A stretch of DNA of 64,000 nt from Nitrospinaceae bacterium (lineage in GTDB: Bacteria > Nitrospinota > Nitrospinia > Nitrospinales > Nitrospinaceae): contig OZ245011.1 of assembly GCA_965223665.1 (NCBI GenBank), positions 3,648,001 through 3,712,000 of the forward strand. The letters are read 5' to 3'. Under the pieces are notes generated by a model that was not told the DNA's origin, searched no databases, and worked only from the letters and a program-made list of their open reading frames with translations. The position numbers and the translations under genes were made by a program. Numbering within the stretch: the first letter of the stretch is position 1; each line of letters starts with the position of its first letter. Below are positions 40,255-50,037 of this stretch, in pieces.

Positions 40255-41565
40255 ATGAAAGATACCCGAAAGCAGAGATGGATTCTCATTTTGATAATGA
40301 CTGCCGTGGGTCTTACCATGACTCTAACTTCCATTTTTATTCTTTATCAAACAGCTTTTGAACAGGAACGATCTCGCTTGGTAGAAGTCGCACAAAGCCA
40401 GGCTCGGTTGATGGAAGCGGTGGCGCGATTCGACATGGAATATAGCCAAAATTTTCCAGGAGGAACGGAAGCGGCCACTCTAAGTCAGTTCATTGATGCT
40501 CACAAAAGATTTGAAGGGTTTGGTCATTCGGGTGAATTTCTTTTAGCTCGGAGAAAAGAAAATAATATTGAGTTCATTTTAAGCCATAAACACACGGACC
40601 TCATGGTTCCGAAATCTTTTCATTTTGATGCACCGTTTGGAATTCCAATTCAAAAAGCTCTAAATGGAGAGTCAGGGACTATGGTGAGCCTGGACTATAG
40701 AAATGTGGAAGTTCTTTCAGCCTATGAACCTATTAAAATATTAAATCTTGGCCTGGTTGCAAAAATTGACTTGAATGAAATTCGAACTCCTTTTTACCAA
40801 GCCGGTTTAATAGCCATTGGAATTGGTTTATTAATTATCTCAATTGGCGTTATTCTTTTTTTAAGAGTCAGCGATCCTCTAATCAGGGAAATTTCGAATT
40901 CTCGGGAGCAATTACGGAATTTTGCACAACGCCTTGAAAATGTCCGCGAAGAAGAAAAAGAACGAATTGCTCGGGCTGTCCATGATGATTTAGGGCAAGA
41001 ACTCACAGCTATTCAACTTGAATTGAATTATTTGGAAGAAGAAATCGAAACAAATGGACAGAATAAGTCACTTAAGGAGTCAGTCGGTTCCATGTATCAA
41101 ATGATTGATAATACAATTGGTTCTGTTCAACGAATTGCAACCGAACTTAGACCTCTGACTTTGGATATGTTTGGACTTGGTGAAGCAATTCTTTGGCAAA
41201 CGAAGGACTATCAAGCGCGTACCGATATTCAAATTAATACAAGCGAAGTGGATAACCAAATTGACCTGGACCGGGACCGATCTATCACCCTATTCAGAGT
41301 TTTTCAGGAGTTACTGACTAATATTTTTCGTCACGCTAAAGCGACACAAGTGAACATTCAGTTGTTCAAGGAAAACAATTTAGTCGTTCTAAAAGTTCAG
41401 GATAATGGAATAGGTATCCCTTTACAAAAAATCAAGAATCCCCAATCGTTGGGTTTGCTTGGAATCCGAGAACGACTACTGGCCTGGGGAGGGACTGTAG
41501 ACATAAAAAGTCAACAAGGAAAAGGAACATCCGTTGTTATAAACTTGCCCTTAGGAGAACAGTGA
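40255..41565 (+). CDS. Sensor histidine kinase (Cache-like sensor, HisKA_3)
   Basis: 2 TM; EEEKERIARAVHDDLGQ; QELLTNIFRHA; DNGIG; GLLGIRER. Confidence 0.92.
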   Translation: MKDTRKQRWILILIMTAVGLTMTLTSIFILYQTAFEQERSRLVEVAQSQARLMEAVARFDMEYSQNFPGGTEAATLSQFIDAHKRFEGFGHSGEFLLARRKENNIEFILSHKHTDLMVPKSFHFDAPFGIPIQKALNGESGTMVSLDYRNVEVLSAYEPIKILNLGLVAKIDLNEIRTPFYQAGLIAIGIGLLIISIGVILFLRVSDPLIREISNSREQLRNFAQRLENVREEEKERIARAVHDDLGQELTAIQLELNYLEEEIETNGQNKSLKESVGSMYQMIDNTIGSVQRIATELRPLTLDMFGLGEAILWQTKDYQARTDIQINTSEVDNQIDLDRDRSITLFRVFQELLTNIFRHAKATQVNIQLFKENNLVVLKVQDNGIGIPLQKIKNPQSLGLLGIRERLLAWGGTVDIKSQQGKGTSVVINLPLGEQ

Positions 41566-42212
41566 TGTCAAACCTCTCCAAAATCAAAGTTCTCATTGCA
41601 GATGACCATGACATCGTTCGCCAGGGCATTGAAAAAATCCTTTCAAAATCGGATGATGTGGAAATTGTCGGAAAAGCTTCAAATGGGCAGGAAGTTTTAG
41701 ACCAGGTAAAAAAAATAAACATTGATGTTTTGCTGATGGATATTGAAATGCCTGGCAAAACTGGATGGGAGGTGCTCTCTGAATTGAAGATTTTGAAACC
41801 AGGTTTACCTGTCCTGGTTTTAAGTATTTATCCTGAAGAACATTATGGACCAAGATTTATCAAGGCTGGCGCAGCTGGTTATCTCAATAAATCCAGTAAA
41901 CCTGCAGTCCTTCTAGAAGCCATTCGAAAAGTGCACCGAGGTGGGCGTTTTGTCAGCGACAATCTTGCCGAAATGTTGATTCAAGATATGGGTCGAGTTA
42001 CAAAAGATAAACCGCACGATTTGCTTTCCCCTAGAGAATTTCAGGTTTTTTGCCAGATCGCCACAGGTGCCAAATTAAAGCAAATTGCGGATGGCCTTTC
42101 CTTGAGTATTAGCACAGTGAGTACCCACCGCACACGTATCTTGGAGAAGTTGAACCTGAAAACTAACGCTGAACTTATCCGTTATGCCGTCAAACACGGA
42201 TTAATTTCCTGA
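41562..42212 (+). CDS. NarL/LuxR family response regulator
   Basis: IADDH, MDIEMP, LSPREFQV HTH. Confidence 0.95.
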   Translation: MMSNLSKIKVLIADDHDIVRQGIEKILSKSDDVEIVGKASNGQEVLDQVKKINIDVLLMDIEMPGKTGWEVLSELKILKPGLPVLVLSIYPEEHYGPRFIKAGAAGYLNKSSKPAVLLEAIRKVHRGGRFVSDNLAEMLIQDMGRVTKDKPHDLLSPREFQVFCQIATGAKLKQIADGLSLSISTVSTHRTRILEKLNLKTNAELIRYAVKHGLIS

Positions 42213-42227
42213 CTCCTTTTTCTCCTC

Positions 42228-42245
42228 TGTCGTATTTATGCGACA
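42228..42245. promoter_or_regulatory. 18-bp near-palindrome, candidate response-regulator operator
   Basis: TGTCGTATTTATGCGACA between the regulator and the secreted-protein gene. Confidence 0.5.
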
Positions 42246-42410
42246 AACTGTCATAAACGCATCTACCTAAAAAATAACAATTTGTGTGACATGCATTCGC
42301 CTCCTGAAAATCATATTATGAATTCAGATAACAAGAATATTTCTCAGTTAGAAATAATTTTTTATAAATAATAAATAAATTTTTGGATTCTTAAACCAAG
42401 GGGGATAATC

Positions 42411-43052
42411 ATGAGAATGAAAACTGTATTGACGACCTTCTTATTTTTAATAGTTTCACTGGCCAGTACGGCCGCAGCCAACTACGACATAAAATTAATT
42501 AGTTTGTCACAACCCACTGGAGCTTTAGGACAAATTGGAGGATCTGTAAAAAGTTGTTCTGAAAATTTAGATTTCAGCGGAACTCTTGTCCATATTCCAG
42601 GTATTTCTGTTTCCACTAAATTGGGGTCTAAGCCAGACTTTAAGTTACTCTCAGTTCCTGAGGGTGAATATGAACTAGTGTTCGAGCATAAAGGACAGGT
42701 GCTGACTACAATTCCTACGGTAGAGGTCCGTGAAAAGATGCTGACTTCTTTGGATAACATCACCTTGTGTCCTGATAATGACGGCGATGGTTATAATTAC
42801 ATGGCAGATATGGATGATTTTAATCCTAATGTCTATCCAGGTGCAAAGGAAGTCTGTGACCGAATCGACAATAACGGTAATGGGGAAGTGGATGAAGGAT
42901 GTTCCTATCGAAAATGTCCTAAAGGCGGTAAGTTTTGCCTGAATAACTGGAACAACAGTAATCGTATCATCCATAAAAACCCAGTTTCTTCCTTGCCGCC
43001 GGCGAAACCAGAGCAAACCTCTGATATAGTGGCACGAAACTACCTAAATTAA
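42411..43052 (+). CDS. Secreted protein with MopE-type putative metal-binding motif
   Basis: Signal peptide; DNDGDGY...DDFNPNVYPGAKEVCDRIDNNGNGEVDEG. Confidence 0.75.
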   Translation: MRMKTVLTTFLFLIVSLASTAAANYDIKLISLSQPTGALGQIGGSVKSCSENLDFSGTLVHIPGISVSTKLGSKPDFKLLSVPEGEYELVFEHKGQVLTTIPTVEVREKMLTSLDNITLCPDNDGDGYNYMADMDDFNPNVYPGAKEVCDRIDNNGNGEVDEGCSYRKCPKGGKFCLNNWNNSNRIIHKNPVSSLPPAKPEQTSDIVARNYLN

Positions 43053-43072
43053 ACTTCCTTTTACCCCCGCTT

Positions 43073-43109
43073 CCTGCGGCTGGCTGAGCTGGCCGCAGGC
43101 CTCTTTTTT
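43073..43109 (+). terminator. Rho-independent terminator
   Basis: CCTGCGGCTGGC-TGA-GCTGGCCGCAGG followed by a T-tract. Confidence 0.8.
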
Positions 43110-43198
43110 ACTTTAGCAAACTTCATTGCTCAAAATTTTAGCTAGTAAAAAAGTATTACGTTATAAAATCAAAAGAAAAAAGTTTTTAAAAAATTAAT

Positions 43199-44653
43199 TT
43201 AACTTTTTGGTCTTTCCAGAAGGAAGTAAAGTATATTGTCTGTAAACGAAGGGTCTTTAGTAATTCCAAGGTGGTCTGAAAAAACAAATAATACCTGGGA
43301 CCATGGTATTGGGGACATTAATCTTGACATGTGGTGAGGACCTTCTCTTTCATCCAGTAGAGCACTACTGCGCAAAACGGTACCATCTCCCGGGCCGGTT
43401 TCGTGGATATCAATTTTTCCGCCTTCGTCAAATTTAAGAGCTTTTACGGTATCTTCCGCATCCCCGGCTATAAGCATAAATTTTAATGAGTCAGGAGCTT
43501 CAACGGTAACATCCATAGACAAGGAAAATTGCTTAGCCCTGGCCAACGCCATTCGTTGAAAATTTAAAGCAATTTTGCGTCTTTCTTCAAAGGTTGGAAC
43601 ATTAGGTAAAATAGATTGTAAAACATTATCTTGTTTTGGGTTGGCTAATCCCCATTCATTTTTTTGCCAAAGGGATACATCAAAAATGTCTACGGCTTTC
43701 CCTTTTGAGTCTAATAAGGGGTTGTGGCGGGTGCGGGGAAGTAGTTGGTATAAAGAGGGCCAGGTGCCTAACACAGCGGCAGGATAGTAAGGAAAAAATT
43801 TCTCTGGTCGTCCCCCGTCAATTAATTTTTCCAGAGAATCTAATGAACCGGCATTGGGAGTTCCAATGATCACCAGGCTTTCTATATGTTGCGCTCCTGC
43901 CCAGGTAACTTTAGGAAGACTTCCGTCTTCAGGGAGGTCGGCACCCCCATACATTGCATAATAACGGGCAACCAAGCCACCCATTGAATGGGCTACAATA
44001 TCAAACTTTATCTCATCCAGTTGAACTCCGAAACGTTTCTCTGTTTCCTTTTTTACATAATCAGCTTTTGCTTTTATAAACTGACCTAATACTTTTGCGC
44101 TTTCGACAATATCCCGTCGCCAATCGTAATCGAATTGGAAACAAGTATAGTGTTTGTCACCATATTCAACTGCTTCGGCTTCCCCCAAGCCTTCATCCCG
44201 ATAACCACCTACTCCTAAAGTTTGTAAAATATTATAGTAAGCATTAAGCCGAAGGGGGAGGCCTAGAAAGTTAAAAATGACTCGATCTAAAGCTCCATCC
44301 GATAGTACTTTGTCTTTTAAATCGCTTAATTTTTTTCCCACCGCCATGGGAAGTGCAACCAGTTTGGCTCCTTGTTCACTATTCGGGTCCACCTGGCCTA
44401 ATCCAAAAGCTCCCCAAACAATTGAGTGAGAAGATTGATCCACCAATTTCGAACCTAAAAGTCCAGGTATGACAATTATAGGGTTTCTATGCGGATCCTC
44501 ACTCTGAGCCACATCACTATATAAATGTCCCAGTTTAGGCGTATGGAAAAACATTCCACATCCTGAAAAAAATATGAGAAAAAAAATAATTTTACAACTG
44601 CGAATTTGCATAGAAAGAAAATTCAATGTTATTAGGGTTAAATCAAAATTCAA
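43199..44653 (-). CDS. Alpha/beta hydrolase lipoprotein (lipase/LCAT-like)
   Basis: Lipobox FFSGC, IPGLLGS, YDWRR, AHSMGG, GTPNAGS, GDGTV; start uncertain. Confidence 0.85.
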   Translation of the reverse strand: MNFDLTLITLNFLSMQIRSCKIIFFLIFFSGCGMFFHTPKLGHLYSDVAQSEDPHRNPIIVIPGLLGSKLVDQSSHSIVWGAFGLGQVDPNSEQGAKLVALPMAVGKKLSDLKDKVLSDGALDRVIFNFLGLPLRLNAYYNILQTLGVGGYRDEGLGEAEAVEYGDKHYTCFQFDYDWRRDIVESAKVLGQFIKAKADYVKKETEKRFGVQLDEIKFDIVAHSMGGLVARYYAMYGGADLPEDGSLPKVTWAGAQHIESLVIIGTPNAGSLDSLEKLIDGGRPEKFFPYYPAAVLGTWPSLYQLLPRTRHNPLLDSKGKAVDIFDVSLWQKNEWGLANPKQDNVLQSILPNVPTFEERRKIALNFQRMALARAKQFSLSMDVTVEAPDSLKFMLIAGDAEDTVKALKFDEGGKIDIHETGPGDGTVLRSSALLDEREGPHHMSRLMSPIPWSQVLFVFSDHLGITKDPSFTDNILYFLLERPKS

Positions 44654-44760
44654 TTAACCAGATATCCTAAAATATTCCCATGATATTTCACAATGTCTCA
44701 CTGTCAATTGTTTAATTTTTTGGATGGAATGGGAAGGAAATTTCAATAGATCAAAATGTG

Positions 44761-44790
44761 AAAAGGCCGCACCGGACGTGCGGCCTTAAT
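44761..44790 (-). terminator. Terminator after chemoreceptor
   Basis: 10-bp stem AAGGCCGCAC/GTGCGGCCTT. Confidence 0.75.
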
Positions 44791-44831
44791 TTTACTTTTT
44801 AGGAAAGAAACAATTTACAAAATATCTACCC

Positions 44832-46964
44832 TTAATTCTCAATTTTAAATTGCCCAACAATATTTTGCAGGTCAGTGGCCATTCTTGAAAGCTCTGTGGC
44901 TGCTTTTTGAGAATCAGTGGCTCCTTCCGAAGTGCTTTTGGCAGCGTCCGCCACTCCGGATATGTTTTGGGTAATTTCTTGAGTCCCCTTGGCTGCTTCA
45001 TTGACACTTCGTCCAATCTCAGCCGTGGTCGCAGTTTGTTCTTCCACCGCACTGGCAATGGTTTGTGAAATATCGCTGATTTGGTTAATGATTTCTGTGA
45101 TTTCACCAATGGCGTCCACAGAGTTTTTTGTATCCGCCTGAATTGCTTCTATTTTTTGACTGATGTCTTCAGTTGCTTTTGCGGTCTGATTGGCAAGCTC
45201 TTTAACTTCATTAGCAACCACCGCAAAGCCTTTCCCAGCTTCACCCGCTCGAGCCGCTTCAATAGTGGCGTTTAGAGCCAGGAGGTTGGTTTGCTCTGCA
45301 ATGGAGGTAATAACTTTGATTACCTGGCCGATTTCTGCAGAACTTTCTCCCAACTTAGTTACGGTAGAGTTTGTATTCTTTGCAACTTCAACAGCCGATG
45401 TGGCAATTTTAGCTGCTTCGTTAGAGTTTTGAGCAATTTCACGGATGCTGGCTTCCATTTCTTCCGCACCTGTAGCAACAGATTCAACATTTTTACTGAC
45501 TTGTTCCGATGCCGCAGCAACCACGCCCACTTGTGCGGCTGTTTCTTCAGCATTTCCAGCCAGCTGTTGGTTAATAGATGTCATCTCTTCAACGGAAGAG
45601 GCAAGGGTACCTGCATTACTACCAATGAGATTTATATTTTGCTGTAAATTTGAAATCAGTGTTGATAAGCTTTCACCAATTTTTCCAAGATCGTCGGAAC
45701 CTTTTACCTCAAGTTTATAAGTTAAGTCACCTTCCGCCGTTTTACTAGCTGCTTCCATTATCTTTGCTACTTTAAAAACTTTGTCAGTGATATCAGTAGC
45801 ATATTTGACAACTTTGAATGGTTTACCGTTCATGTCCATAATGGGGTTATAGGTCGCTTGTATCCAAATTTCTTTTCCATTTTTGCCTATCCGTTTATAT
45901 TCACCACCGTCGAACTCACCTCGGTTTAATTTTTCCCAAAAAGCTTTATATTCTGAACTGTTTGCATAAGAGCTTTCACAAAAAATGCGGTGATGTTGGC
46001 CTTGAATTTCATTAAGGGTATAGCCGACGGTATTTAAAAAATTGTCATTTGCTTTTATTATAGTTCCATCCATATTAAAGGAAATGACTGCTTGGGATTT
46101 TCCAATGGAATCGATTTGGCCTTGAAAATCAGCATTTTGAAGTTTTTGAGCGGTTATGTCAGTGGCAAATTTTACCACCTTAAATGGCTTGCCGTTCATA
46201 TCCATAATGGGGTTATAGGTCGCTTGTATCCAAATTTCTTTTCCATTTTTGCCTATCCGTTTATATTCACCACTATCAAACTCACCTCGGTTCAATTTTT
46301 CCCAAAAAGCTTTATAATTTGAACTGTTTACATAAGAGCTTTCACAAAACATGCGGTGATGTTGGCCTCTAATTTCATCAATGGAATAACCAACGGCATT
46401 GAGGAAATTGTCATTGGCCCTTATGATGGTTCCATCCATGTTAAAGGAAATGACCGCCTGGGATTTTCTAATTGCACTGTTTTCACCTTCTGATTCCAAA
46501 TTTTTTAATTTTTGTTGGGTAATATCCTGAGCAATTTTTATTATTTTGGTCACCTTTCCGGAAGAATTGGTAACCGGCATGTAAGAGGCGCTCAACCAAA
46601 TAGGATCTCCCCCTTTTTTGAAACGTTTGAATTCTCTGGTTTGGGAATGCCCTCTACCCAATTCAGACCAGAAATTTTGGTAATCCTGGCTCCGGGCCAT
46701 TTCAGGGTCTACAAACATTCTATGATGACGACCTTTAATTTCGTTTGAACTATATCCCATTCCTTCACAAAAATGTTCGTTGGCAGTGAGGATGTTTCCT
46801 TGAGGATCAAATTCAATAACGGCTAAGGCATTATGAATGGCCTTCAACTGACTATTGGCATCTGAACTGTTTCTATTCTCGTTCTTAAAAATGCTGAATA
46901 ACTTATTTCCGGTGGAAGAGGTTTCTTCTGAAGTGTAAGTAGAAAATTCCATATTTTTCCTCAT
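44832..46964 (-). CDS. Cytoplasmic methyl-accepting chemotaxis protein, 3xPAS-HAMP-MA (BdlA-like)
   Basis: Three PAS/PAC units, no [29 protein letters not shown]. Confidence 0.95.
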   Translation of the reverse strand: MRKNMEFSTYTSEETSSTGNKLFSIFKNENRNSSDANSQLKAIHNALAVIEFDPQGNILTANEHFCEGMGYSSNEIKGRHHRMFVDPEMARSQDYQNFWSELGRGHSQTREFKRFKKGGDPIWLSASYMPVTNSSGKVTKIIKIAQDITQQKLKNLESEGENSAIRKSQAVISFNMDGTIIRANDNFLNAVGYSIDEIRGQHHRMFCESSYVNSSNYKAFWEKLNRGEFDSGEYKRIGKNGKEIWIQATYNPIMDMNGKPFKVVKFATDITAQKLQNADFQGQIDSIGKSQAVISFNMDGTIIKANDNFLNTVGYTLNEIQGQHHRIFCESSYANSSEYKAFWEKLNRGEFDGGEYKRIGKNGKEIWIQATYNPIMDMNGKPFKVVKYATDITDKVFKVAKIMEAASKTAEGDLTYKLEVKGSDDLGKIGESLSTLISNLQQNINLIGSNAGTLASSVEEMTSINQQLAGNAEETAAQVGVVAAASEQVSKNVESVATGAEEMEASIREIAQNSNEAAKIATSAVEVAKNTNSTVTKLGESSAEIGQVIKVITSIAEQTNLLALNATIEAARAGEAGKGFAVVANEVKELANQTAKATEDISQKIEAIQADTKNSVDAIGEITEIINQISDISQTIASAVEEQTATTAEIGRSVNEAAKGTQEITQNISGVADAAKSTSEGATDSQKAATELSRMATDLQNIVGQFKIEN
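45790..46470 (-). repeat. 366-nt tandem duplication (PAS2/PAS3)
   Basis: Identical 73-nt block at 45835-45907 and 46201-46273; high similarity across both units. Confidence 0.9.
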
Positions 46965-47840
46965 GTAAAAAGGTATTGGATAAAAATAATATATTGAAAA
47001 TATTTATAGTTTTAAAAAAGCAACATAAACTAGGACAAAATTTGTTATTAACAAAAGCCCCAAAATGGGGCATGTAATATTTTTTAGGTCGATATCAAAA
47101 GCCTATAATTTTTTGATTCGAATCCCGGAAGGCCACATGAGATAAGCCTCGAAATTAGAGCACATATGATTACATTTATTTTATTTGTTAATTTAATAGT
47201 GAGGCTTTTTGTTTCCAATTTCAAGAGAAAAGAATACCCTTTTTATGGGAGCTTTATTTGGCAAAGTTACCCTAAAATGGTATATAGTTGGGAATATTTC
47301 CTCATTCCAAATTATGAAGATAACTTATCTGATATTTTTTAAGATAAAATTAATAAATCAAAAGTTGATTGCGCCCTTTAGAAGACCTTATTTTTAATTA
47401 GAAAAGAGATCTATTCTTAAATTTGGCCTATAGTGTCATGGTTGTATTATTTGAAAATACTTGTATTTTTAAATTCAGTTGCTTCTTTACATCCTGCTTA
47501 TTCAATTTTTAAATATCATCTGCTTCCAAGCCTTTCTTAAATTTGAAATAGAATGGGGTTTAATTAAAAGTTATTCCGAATTCAAAATAATCGGAAATCC
47601 TAACTCATCGATCCCTGGTTTTTTATTAAAAAAATTTTGATTAAGCAAAAATATGACCCAAATCTACATGGTTAGATGCTTTTGGAGATTTAATTTTAAA
47701 AAGATATTCATTCTAAGAATTTGTTTTTAACAATTAAGCCGAATATGGGTTTTATTTAAACAGCCCAATTTATCAAACCATCTCTACACGAACCTTTAAA
47801 TCTAGAATCCTTTTTCTAATTCATTCTTTTTAAGAAAGTG

Positions 47841-48578
47841 TTAAACCAGAGTCAGTTCCATTTGCGAACCCATTTTAAAGCTTGCCCTGGCAGCCATGGC
47901 GTAGTAGGTCATCCCATTGATCACAGCACGTTTTACACGTTCCTGTTCCACGGGATCCACTGCAAATTCTTTTATAATTTCCAAAGCCTCTTCTGGGTGA
48001 TGGTCGTCATAACGGGCATGGGCTTTTAACCATATGACTGATTTTGGATTTATATCAACACCTTCTTCATTTTCATAACTCGATATGTTTTCATAGACAC
48101 TTTTTGACCATTTACCGGTAGGTCCCTCAATTGCAAAATTTAATCCTGCGATGGCCTCCGGGATAGTCCCATAGGTGCAAATTTTCCAAAGGAAGTTGTT
48201 TACGGCATCGACTTCTGGGCGAGGAAAGACTTCTTTGTCCGTGGCTGCTTTGGGAACTCCAAATCCCCAAATCCAGTTTCGATACCAATCTGCATGTTTT
48301 CGTTCTATATTGAGATTTTCAATTAACCAATATCGTGCCATATTACATTTTTTATTATTTTCCATTGGAATTCTTGAAAGTATTAATGCCATGTATTTAG
48401 GAAAGTTTTCGACTAATGGATAAAAATCAAGCATTACTTGCCGAAAAGTATCAATAGCCAACTCCCCTTTGCACATTTTTCCAAAACAATCGCCCTCCAA
48501 GATTTCTTTTTCGTATGGAAGAATTTCATTTAGAAAGTCATTAACCCAAGTTGGATGTTCTGTTAATTCAATTTTCAT
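47841..48578 (-). CDS. UndA-like heme-oxygenase-like diiron oxidase (TenA/PqqC superfamily)
   Basis: ARYWLIENLNIERKHADWY, NFAIEGPTGKWS and WLKAHARYDDHHPEEALEII align with Pseudomonas UndA motifs as recalled. Confidence 0.8.
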   Translation of the reverse strand: MKIELTEHPTWVNDFLNEILPYEKEILEGDCFGKMCKGELAIDTFRQVMLDFYPLVENFPKYMALILSRIPMENNKKCNMARYWLIENLNIERKHADWYRNWIWGFGVPKAATDKEVFPRPEVDAVNNFLWKICTYGTIPEAIAGLNFAIEGPTGKWSKSVYENISSYENEEGVDINPKSVIWLKAHARYDDHHPEEALEIIKEFAVDPVEQERVKRAVINGMTYYAMAARASFKMGSQMELTLV

Positions 48579-48960
48579 TTTTCACCCCTCTGATAGAAAA
48601 TTTACAATAAAAGTTTTTAAAAAGTAACATTCCTAATCAAAGAGTAATATCGTGCTAACAATAATATTTTTGTCGTTCAGCAGAGTATTTCCTGTCCTAT
48701 TTTGTTTTACAGAATTAAAAAGTGGATAGACGCAGTTTCAATCTAATAATTCTACCTTTTTTAGCATTGGGATATTTCGTACGCTGTTGTCATACAAACT
48801 ACTACACAAAAACTATTTAATATCGATATAAAAAGCATGTTTACAACGATATGTGCGGCCAATTGACTTGGGTACAATTTTTTCATGCTTTAGGTTTTAC
48901 ATTGGTATCAAGAGGGAAGGGGAACATTAGTTGCTAAATGAATATTGGGAGGATTAAAAA

Positions 48961-49356
48961 ATGAGTGAAGGAAAAATAATGATAATCGACGATGAGAGAG
49001 ATGTTCGTGAGATTGTTAAATTTTATTTAGGATCAGAAGACTATCAAATTTTAGAAGCGACAAATGGAGAAGAAGCTATTCGATGTTTGCACACTGGAAA
49101 TAATTTATTTTATGTCGGCGTTATCTTTTGCGATATCGAAATGCCCCGGGTCAATGGAATTGAGTTTATTGAATACTTAATGTATGAAGCGCCAGGTATA
49201 CCCGTTGTGGTAATTACAGAAAATCCAAATCCTGAAATGGCTGTCAAATTAATGCAAATGGGGGTTAGAGATTATTTGATTAAACCAATTAATAAGGACG
49301 ACCTACTAGATGTAATCAACCAGCAGTTTGCAGTAGGAAAAGATTTTTCTTATTAA
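48961..49356 (+). CDS. Single-domain response regulator (CheY-like)
   Basis: IIDDE, CDIEMP, VIT, YLIKP; GGAGG RBS. Confidence 0.92.
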   Translation: MSEGKIMIIDDERDVREIVKFYLGSEDYQILEATNGEEAIRCLHTGNNLFYVGVIFCDIEMPRVNGIEFIEYLMYEAPGIPVVVITENPNPEMAVKLMQMGVRDYLIKPINKDDLLDVINQQFAVGKDFSY

Positions 49357-49440
49357 ACATTTTGATTCTAATTTTGAATTATTTGTATTGAAACCATCAA
49401 TAAAGAAAAAAGAAAACTTTTATAGAAGCTAGGAATTTTA

Positions 49441-50037
49441 ATGCTAAAAGAGTTGAAGTCAATTTTGGAACGATTTTTCCAATTTATGGCGTAGATTCCT
49501 TTGCCGAAGTAATCCGCTTTATTGCTAAAGATACTAACCATAATTATTTTGCTTTGATGGAATTACTCTTTTTCCTATTAATTTAAATCAAAAAACGGAT
49601 TCTTACACTGTTGCCATTTTGCATGCCGGAATTAAAAATATTTATAACAATTTATCTGTAAGTTTGATGGGGAATATTCAAATTCGGGAAATATGAATAA
49701 TCGAGATTTTGAGTAAAATTGCAAAAAAAAACACCGTATGAATTTTTTTATTAAGCCTTCGATTACCCATTAGGAGTTGTCTGATCACCATACTCTTTTT
49801 ATATGTAAAACTAAGATAAATTTGCACAATATTCTAGGAGAAGTTAAAAACCAACCAAAACTATTTATTGGTGATATTCCAAATTATGAAGAAAAGAGAG
49901 TGGCGATAAACTTTTTTAATCGAAAAATCAGAATCCGATTTGAGATTAGTCAAGAAGAGGTGAAATGTGTTTATTTGCAGATTAGTTTAGAACTTTTAAT
50001 TTTAGCTACTATTGTCGAAAAAGAGCGTTTGAAATGA
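49441..50037 (+). pseudogene. Decayed YfiR/DUF4154-like gene
   Basis: 49777-50037 encodes the YfiR C-terminus (HTLFI...PKLFIGD...INFF...RFEIS...LQISLELLILATIV); upstream fragments (LERFFQFMA*, EILSKIAKK) are broken by stops or frameshifts; overlaps the kinase start. Confidence 0.65.

Noticed and set aside
46965-47840. Long AT-rich gap as a CRISPR array or hidden gene
   Set aside because: No periodic repeats and no recognisable ORF; it could be eroded coding DNA but I cannot support that
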